A stretch of 61,783 nucleotides of DNA from positions 1 to 61,783 of the forward strand of contig JAZQJQ010000086.1 of NCBI GenBank assembly GCA_045541735.1, written 5' to 3'. The stretch is from Eubacteriales bacterium. Its GTDB lineage: Bacteria; Bacillota; Clostridia; Oscillospirales; CAG-272. The translations under genes were made by a program, and so were the position numbers. Positions 17,345 to 26,128 of this stretch are shown here, piece after piece (position 1 is the first letter of the stretch; each line of letters opens with the position of its first letter). The notes beneath the pieces are model-generated. The model saw only the letters and a program-made list of their open reading frames with translations, was not told where the DNA came from and made no database searches.

Positions 17345-18004
17345 ATGGTTCATCTCGATAACAGTTGGGACGAGCTTCTCGAAGACGAGTTCCAAAAGGA
17401 ATATTATCTGCAGCTGCGGGAGTTTTTAAAAGCGGAATATGCAAACCCATCTTTTCCCGTTTATCCCAAAATGAACGATATCTTCAATGCGCTCCGCCTC
17501 ACGGATTATCACGCGGTTAGGGCGGTTATAATCGGGCAGGATCCCTATCACGGGGAAAACCAGGCGCACGGACTTTCCTTTTCTGTAAAGGACGGTGTGC
17601 CTCCGCCGCCGAGCCTTGTTAATATCTTCAAGGAATATTGTGCCGATCTTGGTTATCCTATGCCTAAAACGGGTGATCTTACCCCTTGGGCAAAAAACGG
17701 GGTGCTGATGCTAAATGCCGTGCTTACGGTGCGCGGCGGCGCGGCGGCAAGCCATCGCGGTAAAGGGTGGGAAATATTTACCGACCGCGTTATAGAGCTG
17801 TTAAACGAGAGAAGGGAGCCGATAGTGTTCCTCTTGTGGGGAGGCTTTGCAAAGAAAAAGGCAGAGCTCATCACAAACCCTGCGCATCATATCCTCACCG
17901 CCGCACACCCATCACCCTTGTCTGCCTACAACGGATTTTTCGGCTGCAGGCATTTTTCAAGAGCTTCCGAACTTTCCGGCGGAATAGATTGGCGCCTGCC
18001 TTGA
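17345..18004 (+). CDS. ung: Uracil-DNA glycosylase (family 1)
   Basis: Motifs GQDPYHG and HPSPLSA. Confidence 0.9.
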   Translation: MVHLDNSWDELLEDEFQKEYYLQLREFLKAEYANPSFPVYPKMNDIFNALRLTDYHAVRAVIIGQDPYHGENQAHGLSFSVKDGVPPPPSLVNIFKEYCADLGYPMPKTGDLTPWAKNGVLMLNAVLTVRGGAAASHRGKGWEIFTDRVIELLNERREPIVFLLWGGFAKKKAELITNPAHHILTAAHPSPLSAYNGFFGCRHFSRASELSGGIDWRLP

Positions 18005-18021
18005 TAATTTACCCGTATACA

Positions 18022-18120
18022 TCGTTGCAGGGCACAAGGCACAATCTCGCCGTACGCAAGTACGGCATCGTCTGCGCCTTATGTCCGCGCCTCGTCTACG
18101 GAAAAATTCTCTGCGGCAGG
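18022..18120 (+). repeat. Family A structured repeat, copy A2
   Basis: tcgttgcagggcacaaggcacaatctc plus hairpin gccgtac-gcaa-gtacggc (18049-18066) plus atcgtc. Three stem positions differ from A1 and all three are compensated. Confidence 0.7.
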
Positions 18121-18133
18121 TATGTCTTAAAAC

Positions 18134-18196
18134 AAAACCAGCCAAATGCGGGATCATTCTCTTCGCTCAAGGATGACACGCATTTGGCGTTTTTTT
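18134..18196 (+). repeat. Family B element, copy B4
   Basis: aaaaccagccaaatgcg-ggatcattctcttcgctcaaggatgac-acgcatttggcgttttttt. Confidence 0.7.
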
Positions 18197-18198
18197 AT

Positions 18199-18238
18199 TT
18201 TACACGGATTTTACACGGGAGTGATGACCGATTTTACA
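18199..18238 (+). promoter_or_regulatory. Pho-box-like direct repeats upstream of the Na/Pi symporter
   Basis: TTTACA at 18199, 18210 and 18233. The first two are 11 bp apart and the third is about two helical turns further. Lies immediately upstream of -10-like tacaat/tataat. Confidence 0.5.
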
Positions 18239-18303
18239 ATCCTGCGCTACAATATCGATATAATGCAAAAGAATGGAAAATATCGTGTAAAGAGGTTATT
18301 TTA

Positions 18304-20052
18304 ATGGACATTTTTAACGTACTTACGCTCATTGGCGGATTGTGTTTGTTTCTTTTCGGAATGAATCTGATGGGCGATGCGCTGGAGCGAAGCGCAGGCA
18401 GTAAGCTTGAAATAATGATAGGCAAGCTGACCTCGGGCAAAATTGCGGGTCTTCTCACCGGTCTCGGCGTTACCGCCGTTATCCAAAGCTCTTCAGCAAC
18501 AACCGTAATGGTCGTCGGCTTTGTAAACTCCAAGCTGATGACCTTAAAGCAAGCTATCCACGTTATAATGGGTGCAAATATCGGCACCACCGTTACTGCT
18601 TGGATCCTCAGTCTCAGCGGTATTTCGGGCAGTAATATGTTCCTGAAGCTTCTGAAGCCTTCTTCTTTTACACCCGTTCTTGCGCTTATCGGTATCGTGC
18701 TCTTTATGTTCACAAAGAGCAACAAGAAAAAGGACATCGGTATGGTGCTTCTCGGCTTTGCAACTCTTATGTTCGGTATGGAAACGATGACCGGTGCAGT
18801 TGCAGGGCTCAGAGACGTTCCTGCGTTTGGAGAACTGTTTATTATGTTTAAGAATCCTATCTTAGGTGTACTTGCCGGTGCGATTCTTACTGCCATTATT
18901 CAGTCCAGCTCCGCATCCGTCGGTATTTTGCAGGCACTTGCGGCTACGGGTGCCGTTTCCTACGGCGCGGCAATCCCGATCATTATGGGACAGAATATCG
19001 GTACTTGTGTAACAGCAATGATTTCTTCTGTTGGTACAACAAAGAACGCAAGACGTGCGGCGCTTGTGCATTTGTCCTTTAATATCATAGGAACTGTTGT
19101 GTGTCTCATTGTATTCTCGCTCGTCAATGTGCTGTTTGCGCCGGTTCTGTTAAACGAAGCTGCTTCTTTTGCGGGTATTGCAACGGCACACTCCATCTTT
19201 AATATTGTATGCACCTTGCTCCTGCTACCTATGTCGGGCCTCCTTGAAAAGCTGGCATATAAACTCGTTCCCGATTCAAAGTTGCCCGAAAAAACGTCCG
19301 AGCTTGATGAAAGACTGCTTGCTACGCCTGCGATCGCACTCGAATGCGCACACAACCTCACATGCGATATGGCGAAGATCGCTACCGATGCACTCAGAAG
19401 CAGCGTGGAATGTCTCGGTACTTATGACAAAGCCAAAGCAGAGGCTATACGCGAAGCGGAAGATAAGACCGACCATCTCGAGGACGTTATCGGCACCTAT
19501 CTCGTTAAGCTGAGTATGAAGCAACTGAATGAAACCGAAGGTGCAATGGCATCAATGCTACTGAAAGCCATAGGCGACTTTGAGCGTATATCCGACCACG
19601 CTGTAAACATCCTTGAATCCGCAGAAGAAATGCGCGAAAAAGGCATCGTGTTCTCAGATGCCGCAAAAGCAGAAATGGATTCGCTTTGTGCGGCAACGCT
19701 TGAGATAGTAAGTATCTCATTTAACGCTTTTTCGGAGGATGATCCGGACAGAGCTAATCTCGTTGAACCGCTTGAACAGGTCATAGACAGAATGAAGGAG
19801 CTTCTCCGCAGCCGTCATATCGACCGCTTGCGTATAGGTGAATGCGGTATTGAAGCAGGCTTTGTTTGGAGTGATCTTATTACCAACATGGAAAGAGTGT
19901 CCGACCACTGCTCCAATATTGCGGGATGCGTTATAGATTCTAAAAACAAGAATATGAATCTCCACGAATCGCTTAAACTGATAAGAAGCGACAGCGATTT
20001 CTACAGAGAGAAGTATACGGAATATACCAAAAAGTATCTTTCCTTTGTTTGA
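18304..20052 (+). CDS. Na+/phosphate cotransporter family protein with C-terminal PhoU-like domain
   Basis: Start at MDIFNVLTLIGGLCLFLFGMNLMGDALE. Duplicated Na_Pi_cotrans-type TM repeats, then PhoU-like helices (ERISDHAVN, ERVSDHCSN). The ORF-track start at 17767 runs through ung and the repeats, so it is rejected. Confidence 0.85.
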   Translation: MDIFNVLTLIGGLCLFLFGMNLMGDALERSAGSKLEIMIGKLTSGKIAGLLTGLGVTAVIQSSSATTVMVVGFVNSKLMTLKQAIHVIMGANIGTTVTAWILSLSGISGSNMFLKLLKPSSFTPVLALIGIVLFMFTKSNKKKDIGMVLLGFATLMFGMETMTGAVAGLRDVPAFGELFIMFKNPILGVLAGAILTAIIQSSSASVGILQALAATGAVSYGAAIPIIMGQNIGTCVTAMISSVGTTKNARRAALVHLSFNIIGTVVCLIVFSLVNVLFAPVLLNEAASFAGIATAHSIFNIVCTLLLLPMSGLLEKLAYKLVPDSKLPEKTSELDERLLATPAIALECAHNLTCDMAKIATDALRSSVECLGTYDKAKAEAIREAEDKTDHLEDVIGTYLVKLSMKQLNETEGAMASMLLKAIGDFERISDHAVNILESAEEMREKGIVFSDAAKAEMDSLCAATLEIVSISFNAFSEDDPDRANLVEPLEQVIDRMKELLRSRHIDRLRIGECGIEAGFVWSDLITNMERVSDHCSNIAGCVIDSKNKNMNLHESLKLIRSDSDFYREKYTEYTKKYLSFV

Positions 20053-20065
20053 TGTGTAACTTGCA

Positions 20066-20094
20066 TTGCAATTGACCGAATAATATACTATAAT
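20066..20094 (+). promoter_or_regulatory. Candidate promoter of the two-component operon
   Basis: TTGCAA - 17 nt - TATAAT. Confidence 0.45.
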
Positions 20095-20136
20095 TTAGAA
20101 GAAGCCGTATCAAAAGCATTATAAGGGGGATCAACT

Positions 20137-20811
20137 ATGATCTGGTGTGTTGATGATGACAATACCATCCGTGAAATTGAGGTCTATACACTCACGCAGA
20201 CGGGTTTTGAAGCCCGTGGCTTTGCCGATGGTGTTTCTATGCTTGAAGCATTAAAAACCGAAAAACCGGAGCTTATCATCCTCGATATTATGATGCCGGA
20301 AATGGATGGACTTCAGGTTCTTTCTAAGCTTCGTAGCGAAGCGGCTTATAAAGATATTCCGGTAATTATGGCAACTGCCAAAGGCACCGAGATGGATAAG
20401 ATAGGCGGCCTTAATTTGGGTGCTGACGATTACCTTGTAAAGCCCTTCGGCGTTATGGAGATGGTTGCCCGTGTAAAAGCGGTGCTTCGCCGTACCGCAA
20501 AGGAAGAAGCAACGGGCGGTATTACGGTAGGCAATATCACGTTAAAGGAAACCGAGCATAAGGTCATCGCAGACGGTGAAAAGGTTGAGCTTACCCATAA
20601 AGAATTTGAGATGCTCAGGCTTTTTATGCAGAATCCGAACATGGTGTTTTCAAGAGATAAGCTGATGAGCGAGATCTGGGGCACGGACTACGTCGGCGAG
20701 ACCCGTACCGTTGATATGCATATCAAGACCCTTCGCCAAAAGCTGGGGAACTCCGGCGCTCAGATAAAGACCGTTATCGGGGTCGGGTATAGGTTGGAGA
20801 CGGAAGTATGA
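20137..20811 (+). CDS. OmpR/PhoB-family response regulator
   Basis: Receiver domain (ILDIMMPEMDG, K at VKPF) plus winged-helix domain (RTVDMHIKTLRQKL, GVGYRL). Confidence 0.9.
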   Translation: MIWCVDDDNTIREIEVYTLTQTGFEARGFADGVSMLEALKTEKPELIILDIMMPEMDGLQVLSKLRSEAAYKDIPVIMATAKGTEMDKIGGLNLGADDYLVKPFGVMEMVARVKAVLRRTAKEEATGGITVGNITLKETEHKVIADGEKVELTHKEFEMLRLFMQNPNMVFSRDKLMSEIWGTDYVGETRTVDMHIKTLRQKLGNSGAQIKTVIGVGYRLETEV

Positions 20812-22454
20812 CAAAAAAGATCTTTCGCTCTATATTTACCGTGGCGCTTGTGGTGCTTCTCGCCAGTATCGGTATAGCAACAAGCTTTCTGTATACATAT
20901 TTTAATACCTCGCAGATAGAACAGCTGAAGGCAGAGCTTTCCCTCGTTGCCGATACGGTCAATGAGGTGGGAGTAGAGTATTTTGAAAGCTTTGATTCTA
21001 CCGCATTCCGTTTTACCGTGGTCGATTCCAACGGAACGGTCCTCTACGATACTCAGGCAAAAGCAAGCGAGATGGAAAACCACTTGGGCCGCGAGGAGAT
21101 ATCGGAAGCATTTAGCTGCGGATTCGGCAGCAGCATAAGAAACTCATACACTCTGGCGGAAAAGACCTATTACGAGGCGGTGCTCCTTGAAAACGGCGAT
21201 GTGCTTCGTATATCGGTTAGCAGACTTACGATAGGTGCTTTGATGATCGGAATGATGCCTGCAATTGCTGCCATCGTTCTGTTTGCGTGTGCTGTTGCCG
21301 TCATACTGTCGCATACTATGGCAAGAAAAGTGACCGAGCCTTTGATGCAGCTTGATCTTGAACACCCCGCGGAAAACAGTACGTACGAAGAGCTTGCGCC
21401 GATACTTACAAAGCTGCACAAGCAGCATAAGCAGATAAAGTCTCAGATGGAGGACCTTCGCAGAAGATCGGAGGAGTTCGAGCAGATCGTTTCTTCGATG
21501 AACGAGGGTCTTGTTCTTCTTGACGAACACGGTATGGTGCTCAGCATGAATACGGCGGCGAAGAAGATATTTGGCGTTAAAAAAGATGTAAAAGGCGGCG
21601 ATTTTCTGCTTGTTGACCGCACAAGCAAAATGAGCAAGGCGATCTGGAATGCCCTTGACGGCGGACACGGCGGATATACCGAAGAAAGAAACGGAAGTGA
21701 ATACCAATTTACGGTAAATGCCATTGCATCGGAGGGCAAGGTTCTCGGCGCTGTTATTCTTGCGTTTGATATCAGCGACCGCGCCTTTGCGGAGCGCAAC
21801 CGCAGGGAGTTCACCGCAAACGTTACCCATGAGCTGAAAACTCCGCTTCAATCCATCATCGGAAGTGCGGAGCTTCTTGAAAACGGACTTGTAAAGCCCG
21901 AGGATACCGGCAGATTCGTTGGTAATATCCGCAAAGAAGCAATAAGGCTTGTAAATCTTATAAACGATATAATCCGGCTTTCTCAAATGGATGAAAACAA
22001 CGAGCCTGCGACCGAAACGGTTGAACTTACGGAAGTTGCCAAAGAGGTCGTTGAGGTTCTCGCGGCGTCAGCGGCAAAGAGGAACGTTGCGCTTAACGTC
22101 GAAGGCGAACCTCAAACCGTTTTCGGTGTGCGCCGTTATATCTACGAGATCATTTATAATCTTTGCGATAACGCTATCCGCTATAACGTGGACGGCGGTA
22201 AGGTTGAGATCGGGATCGGCAGGGATAACGGCCGTGCGGTCATTTCCGTAAAAGACACCGGTATCGGTATCGCCCCCGAACATCAAAACCGTATCTTTGA
22301 AAGATTTTATCGGGTAGATAAGAGCCATTCCAAGGAAACGGGCGGCACCGGACTCGGATTATCTATCGTAAAGCATGCTGTTCAGTACCACGGCGGAAAA
22401 GTGCTGCTTGAAAGTGAGCAGGGTAAGGGCACGCATATAAAGGTAGTTTTTTAA
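20808..22454 (+). CDS. Sensor histidine kinase (PhoR-like architecture: 2 TM, PAS, HisKA, HATPase)
   Basis: H-box FTANVTHELKTPL and G2 box GTGLGLSIVKH. There is a 4-nt ATGA overlap with the regulator gene. Confidence 0.9.
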   Translation: MTKKIFRSIFTVALVVLLASIGIATSFLYTYFNTSQIEQLKAELSLVADTVNEVGVEYFESFDSTAFRFTVVDSNGTVLYDTQAKASEMENHLGREEISEAFSCGFGSSIRNSYTLAEKTYYEAVLLENGDVLRISVSRLTIGALMIGMMPAIAAIVLFACAVAVILSHTMARKVTEPLMQLDLEHPAENSTYEELAPILTKLHKQHKQIKSQMEDLRRRSEEFEQIVSSMNEGLVLLDEHGMVLSMNTAAKKIFGVKKDVKGGDFLLVDRTSKMSKAIWNALDGGHGGYTEERNGSEYQFTVNAIASEGKVLGAVILAFDISDRAFAERNRREFTANVTHELKTPLQSIIGSAELLENGLVKPEDTGRFVGNIRKEAIRLVNLINDIIRLSQMDENNEPATETVELTEVAKEVVEVLAASAAKRNVALNVEGEPQTVFGVRRYIYEIIYNLCDNAIRYNVDGGKVEIGIGRDNGRAVISVKDTGIGIAPEHQNRIFERFYRVDKSHSKETGGTGLGLSIVKHAVQYHGGKVLLESEQGKGTHIKVVF

Positions 22455-22466
22455 ATATAAAAACCG

Positions 22467-22605
22467 GTAGGGGCGGATTCCATATCCGCCCGTTGCCTTC
22501 TCCGGCGGGAGAAGGGGGGACCGCTTGCGGTGGATGAGGCGTTCGCGGGAGGCAAGCTCCTCTCCTACGGTTTACACCGTCACCAAATCGTAGGGGAGTC
22601 CCGTC
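22467..22605 (+). repeat. Composite hairpin cluster: REP-like unit R2 plus family D unit D2
   Basis: gtag-gggcggat-tccat-atccgccc (22467-22491), then ccttctcc-ggcg-ggagaagg (22496-22515), then ggggaccgcttgcggtgga (22516-22534), then further short hairpins. Confidence 0.65.
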
Positions 22606-22618
22606 TTTCAATAAAATC

Positions 22619-22667
22619 AAAAACCGTGCCGAAATCCTCCGCTCGAGGACTGCAACGGCACGGTTTT
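22619..22667. terminator. Bidirectional terminator with a degenerate family B core (B7)
   Basis: aaaaaccgtgccg-aaatcctccgctcgaggactgcaa-cggcacggtttt. Confidence 0.65.
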
Positions 22668-22672
22668 CTACC

Positions 22673-23065
22673 TTATATCTTATCTTTATCTTTTATCTTC
22701 CCCTCGTGATGAGCCCCTTCCCCACCATTTAGCCATTTGGGGAATTTTTTGTTTTCTTTGGGAGAAACTGCGTTGATCCATAAATTTCCGTCAGCAACCA
22801 CAGATTGTGACGAAAGGGGAAACTCGAAATCAATATCGCCTTCGATCGTATCAACATCATCAAATGCGAAATGAGAGAATATTTCCTCTATGCTATCCAA
22901 ACGAATCAGAGTGTCCTGCGTATCCTTGGTTAATTCTACGTAGTTCTTATATGCTACAACAAAAAAACGGTTGCCGTTTTTCAGATGAATTGAGATCTCC
23001 GGCTCATGATCATAAAAGATCAACTGCCGAACATTATCAACAAAGAGATCTTTGCTGTATTTCAT
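22673..23065 (-). CDS. Small acidic cytoplasmic protein, function unknown (low-GC orphan)
   Basis: 130 aa starting at MKYSKDLFVDN. Visibly more AT-rich than its neighbours. The longer ORF-track start reads into REP pair R3. Confidence 0.55.
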   Translation of the reverse strand: MKYSKDLFVDNVRQLIFYDHEPEISIHLKNGNRFFVVAYKNYVELTKDTQDTLIRLDSIEEIFSHFAFDDVDTIEGDIDFEFPLSSQSVVADGNLWINAVSPKENKKFPKWLNGGEGAHHEGKIKDKDKI

Positions 23066-23115
23066 GTAACCACTTCCATAGAGTAGATATGTAATGCGGA
23101 CCGAATTCCCGCATT

Positions 23116-23184
23116 GTAGGGGCGTGCATTGCACGTCCGCATATCAAGATAAAGAAACAGCGGACGACCGATGGTCGCCCCTAC
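23116..23184. repeat. REP-like inverted pair (family R, copy R3)
   Basis: gtaggggcgtgcattgcacgtccgc ... gcggacgaccgatggtcgcccctac. Both arms are exact copies of sequences inside the RAYT ORF (49689-49710 and 49635-49659). Confidence 0.8.
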
Positions 23185-23186
23185 GA

Positions 23187-24347
23187 TCATCTCGCGCCTG
23201 CAAGGGTCGTAACGCCCTCCTTGAGGCATTCGCAGAAATATGCAACGTCATCCTCGGAATAATCCGCAGATAGGCTTATGCGCACGGTCTTTTCAGCTTT
23301 TTCGGGGGTAAGACCGAAGGATGTGAGAGAAGAGGAAGGGTGCTTTGCATGGCTGGAGCAGGCAGAGCCTGCGGAAACGAATATGCCTTTAGCCGAGAGA
23401 AAATGTACAAGCGTTTCGCTTCTCACGCGGCTGTTCGTGATACTTAGAATGTGCGGTGCGCGCACGGGCGGAAGATTAAAGGATATCTCCTTCATATCGC
23501 CAAGCGCAGTTATTATCTGTTCGGTAAGAGAGCGGCATTTCCGGGCGGACTCTGCAAGCTTTGCGGCATTTTCCGTGACCGCACCGCCAAACGAGGCAAT
23601 ACCGACGGTATTCTCCGTGCCGCTTCTAAGTCCCGATTCCTGTCCGCCTCCGAAGATAACGGGTGAAAGGCGGCGCTGTTTTTCCGCTTCTGACGTAAAC
23701 CAAAGCGCGCCCACGCCCTTCATACCGCCAACCTTGTGCGCGCTTACGGAAACGGCATCACAGCCGAGGCGGTGTACGTTTAGCGGTATCTTCAAAAAAG
23801 CCTGAATTGCATCGCAGTGCAAAAAAGCCTGCGGTGCCTTTTTTCTTGCCATTTTAAATGCAGATGCTGCGTCGTAAACTGCTCCCGTTTCGTTATTAAC
23901 GTGCATAAGGCTTACTATCGCGGTGTTTGCATCAAGCGCGACTTCAAGCTGCGCCATATCAAGCTGTCCGCCCCGTGTGGAGATGCGCACGGCTCGCCAG
24001 CCATCATTTTCCAGTACCCGTACTTGATTTTCAATAGACGGGTGCTCGCTGTCCGTGATTATAACCGTAGGTGTGCCGCGGAAATTTTTGGCTCTTGCGG
24101 CACCGAGGACGGCAAGATTATTCGCTTCGCTTCCGCAGCCGCAAAAAACGAGTCTCCCCTTTGTTTTGTCGCTTCCGAGAGCGGAGAGCACGGCACTTCT
24201 TGCGGCATTCAGTTCTTTTTCCGCGGCAAGCCCCACACTGTGCAGTGAGGATGGGTTACCGTATACGTCCATAACGCGGATAGCGGCTTCTTTTGCGCCT
24301 TTACACAGCGGAGTTGTTGCGCTGTTGTCAAAATAGAGTTCTTTCAT
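23187..24347 (-). CDS. Cysteine desulfurase (NifS/IscS-like class V aminotransferase)
   Basis: Start at MKELYFDNSATTP. PLP-lysine motif SVSAHKVGG and active-site GSACSS. Confidence 0.85.
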   Translation of the reverse strand: MKELYFDNSATTPLCKGAKEAAIRVMDVYGNPSSLHSVGLAAEKELNAARSAVLSALGSDKTKGRLVFCGCGSEANNLAVLGAARAKNFRGTPTVIITDSEHPSIENQVRVLENDGWRAVRISTRGGQLDMAQLEVALDANTAIVSLMHVNNETGAVYDAASAFKMARKKAPQAFLHCDAIQAFLKIPLNVHRLGCDAVSVSAHKVGGMKGVGALWFTSEAEKQRRLSPVIFGGGQESGLRSGTENTVGIASFGGAVTENAAKLAESARKCRSLTEQIITALGDMKEISFNLPPVRAPHILSITNSRVRSETLVHFLSAKGIFVSAGSACSSHAKHPSSSLTSFGLTPEKAEKTVRISLSADYSEDDVAYFCECLKEGVTTLAGAR

Positions 24348-24348
24348 C

Positions 24349-24864
24349 TTACATAAAGCGGAATTCCGCAAGAACGAGAGCGACCTTGTCGATATGCTCC
24401 TCAAATTTTTCGGGAGTAGCGGTGAAGGTAAACACGTAAACTGTCTCACCCTTTACGCAAAATACCTGCATTATCTTATATTCCGCAGTACCGGCTTTTG
24501 CGGTATAGGTGTACTGCTTAGCCTCAACACCGTCTAGTGCGGTGGTCTTTACCTCGGGCTCGGACATCTCCGCAAAAAGCGCGGAATAGTCGCTCTTTAC
24601 TTTTTCCCAGTACTGTTCGGCTGTCATAGCTTCGCTTAATGCGTAGCTGGTCATTGACATATTGGAACGGTCCTTTTCGCTGAAATAAGCGGAGGAAACG
24701 CCAGTAGACATATCAACCGTCCAGTTCTTAGGTACGTAGAAGTAGAAGTCGCAAACTTCGTTGCTTGCAAGCTTCATTCCGCTCGGTGCATTGTCACCTG
24801 CTCCGCACGCGGTAAGTGAGAGTATCGCAAAAAGAGTAAGAATAAGCGCAGTTATCTTTTTCAT
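24349..24864 (-). CDS. Lipoprotein, function unknown
   Basis: Lipobox ILSLTACGAG. 171 aa. Confidence 0.65.
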   Translation of the reverse strand: MKKITALILTLFAILSLTACGAGDNAPSGMKLASNEVCDFYFYVPKNWTVDMSTGVSSAYFSEKDRSNMSMTSYALSEAMTAEQYWEKVKSDYSALFAEMSEPEVKTTALDGVEAKQYTYTAKAGTAEYKIMQVFCVKGETVYVFTFTATPEKFEEHIDKVALVLAEFRFM

Positions 24865-24877
24865 TGTTTTTTCCTCT

Positions 24878-26128
24878 TTATTTATTATTTGTGTTTAAAA
24901 CTTCGGTAGCGGCACCGATTATGCCGCATTTGCCACTTTCGTAGGTAAGTCCGCCCTGCAGAAATACGCGGTAAGGTGGACGGAGCGGTCCGTCGGCGGA
25001 AAGCTCGATTGATGAGCCTCCGACAAACGCGCCTGCCGCCATAATTACCTGATCGTCATATCCGGGCATATCCCACGGCTCGGGAGTAAGGAATGAGTCG
25101 ATGGGGGAGTTTGCCTGTATTCCGCGGCAGAATGCGCAAAGTGCATCCGCGCTCTCAAGCTCGATTATCTGGATAATATCGTGGCGGAGCTCTCCTGCCT
25201 CGGGGGAAACGCCGTAGCCGAGTGCGGAAAATACGTAAGCTGCAAGCTGTGCGGTCTTTATTGCCTCCGCTACTACGTGCGGTGCAAAGAAAAGTCCGCG
25301 GAAGATGTTTTTGTTCTGCCCAAGCGTTGCGCCGACCTCGCCGCCGATGCCGGGTACGGTAAGGCGGTAGGATGCAAGCTCCACGGCGCGCTTTGTGCCC
25401 GCAAGGTATCCGCCAGCATCAGCCATTCCGCCGCCGGGGTTTTTGATAAGCGAGCCGACAAGCAGGTCTGCGCGGTAAGGCTCGGTCTCTTCGACAAATT
25501 CGCCGTAGCAGTTATCCACCATAACGAAAGCGCCGCATCTTGCGTGCACAAAGTCGGCAAGACGGTTTATCTCATCGGACGTAAGCGTGCGTCTGCCTGC
25601 ATAGCCGCGGCTCCTTTGCACGTACACTACCTTAACGGACTTGTCCTCGGCAAGAGTTTTTTCAATCGTTTCGTAATCAAATTCCTCTCGCCCGTCTTCT
25701 GTCTTGAAGTCGATTTGTTTATACGCGATGCCGTAATCGGGAAGGGAGCCCTCGCCGTCCCTTTTTTCCGTAACGCTTTTTAGGGTATCGTAAAGCTCGC
25801 CCGTAACGGAAAGGAGCGTGTCACCCGGACGGAGCAGACCGAAAAGACCGATGGTCAGCGCGTGTGTGCCGTTTGCAATGCTGTGGCGCACCACTGCAGC
25901 TTCCGTACCGAATACCTCGGCATACACCTCGTCAATAAGCTCTCTGCCTCTGTCGTTATAGCCGTAGCCGTCGCTTGCCGCAAAGTGGGTAGCGCTTATA
26001 CGCGCGTTTTTAAAGGCGGTAAGCACCTTTCTTGTGTTCCTTTCGGATATACGTGCTATCTCGCGGAATGCCGGAGCAAGTTTTTCTTCGGCTTCCGCGC
26101 AAAGCCTTTCTATGCGCTCGGTGTTCAT
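24878..26128 (-). CDS. Methionine gamma-lyase family protein (YnbB / aluminium-resistance-protein type, PLP-dependent)
   Basis: Start at MNTERIERL. Contains ASDGYGYNDRGRELIDEVYAEVFGTEAAVVRHSIANGTHAL, typical of the YnbB family. ATGA overlap with the upstream gene. Confidence 0.75.
   Translation of the reverse strand: MNTERIERLCAEAEEKLAPAFREIARISERNTRKVLTAFKNARISATHFAASDGYGYNDRGRELIDEVYAEVFGTEAAVVRHSIANGTHALTIGLFGLLRPGDTLLSVTGELYDTLKSVTEKRDGEGSLPDYGIAYKQIDFKTEDGREEFDYETIEKTLAEDKSVKVVYVQRSRGYAGRRTLTSDEINRLADFVHARCGAFVMVDNCYGEFVEETEPYRADLLVGSLIKNPGGGMADAGGYLAGTKRAVELASYRLTVPGIGGEVGATLGQNKNIFRGLFFAPHVVAEAIKTAQLAAYVFSALGYGVSPEAGELRHDIIQIIELESADALCAFCRGIQANSPIDSFLTPEPWDMPGYDDQVIMAAGAFVGGSSIELSADGPLRPPYRVFLQGGLTYESGKCGIIGAATEVLNTNNK

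Noticed and set aside
17767-18303. N-terminal 179-codon extension of the Na/Pi transporter ORF
   Set aside because: The extension overlaps the end of ung and reads straight through repeats A2 and B4 and the Pho-box region. The transporter N-terminus MDIFNVLTLIGG is the natural start.
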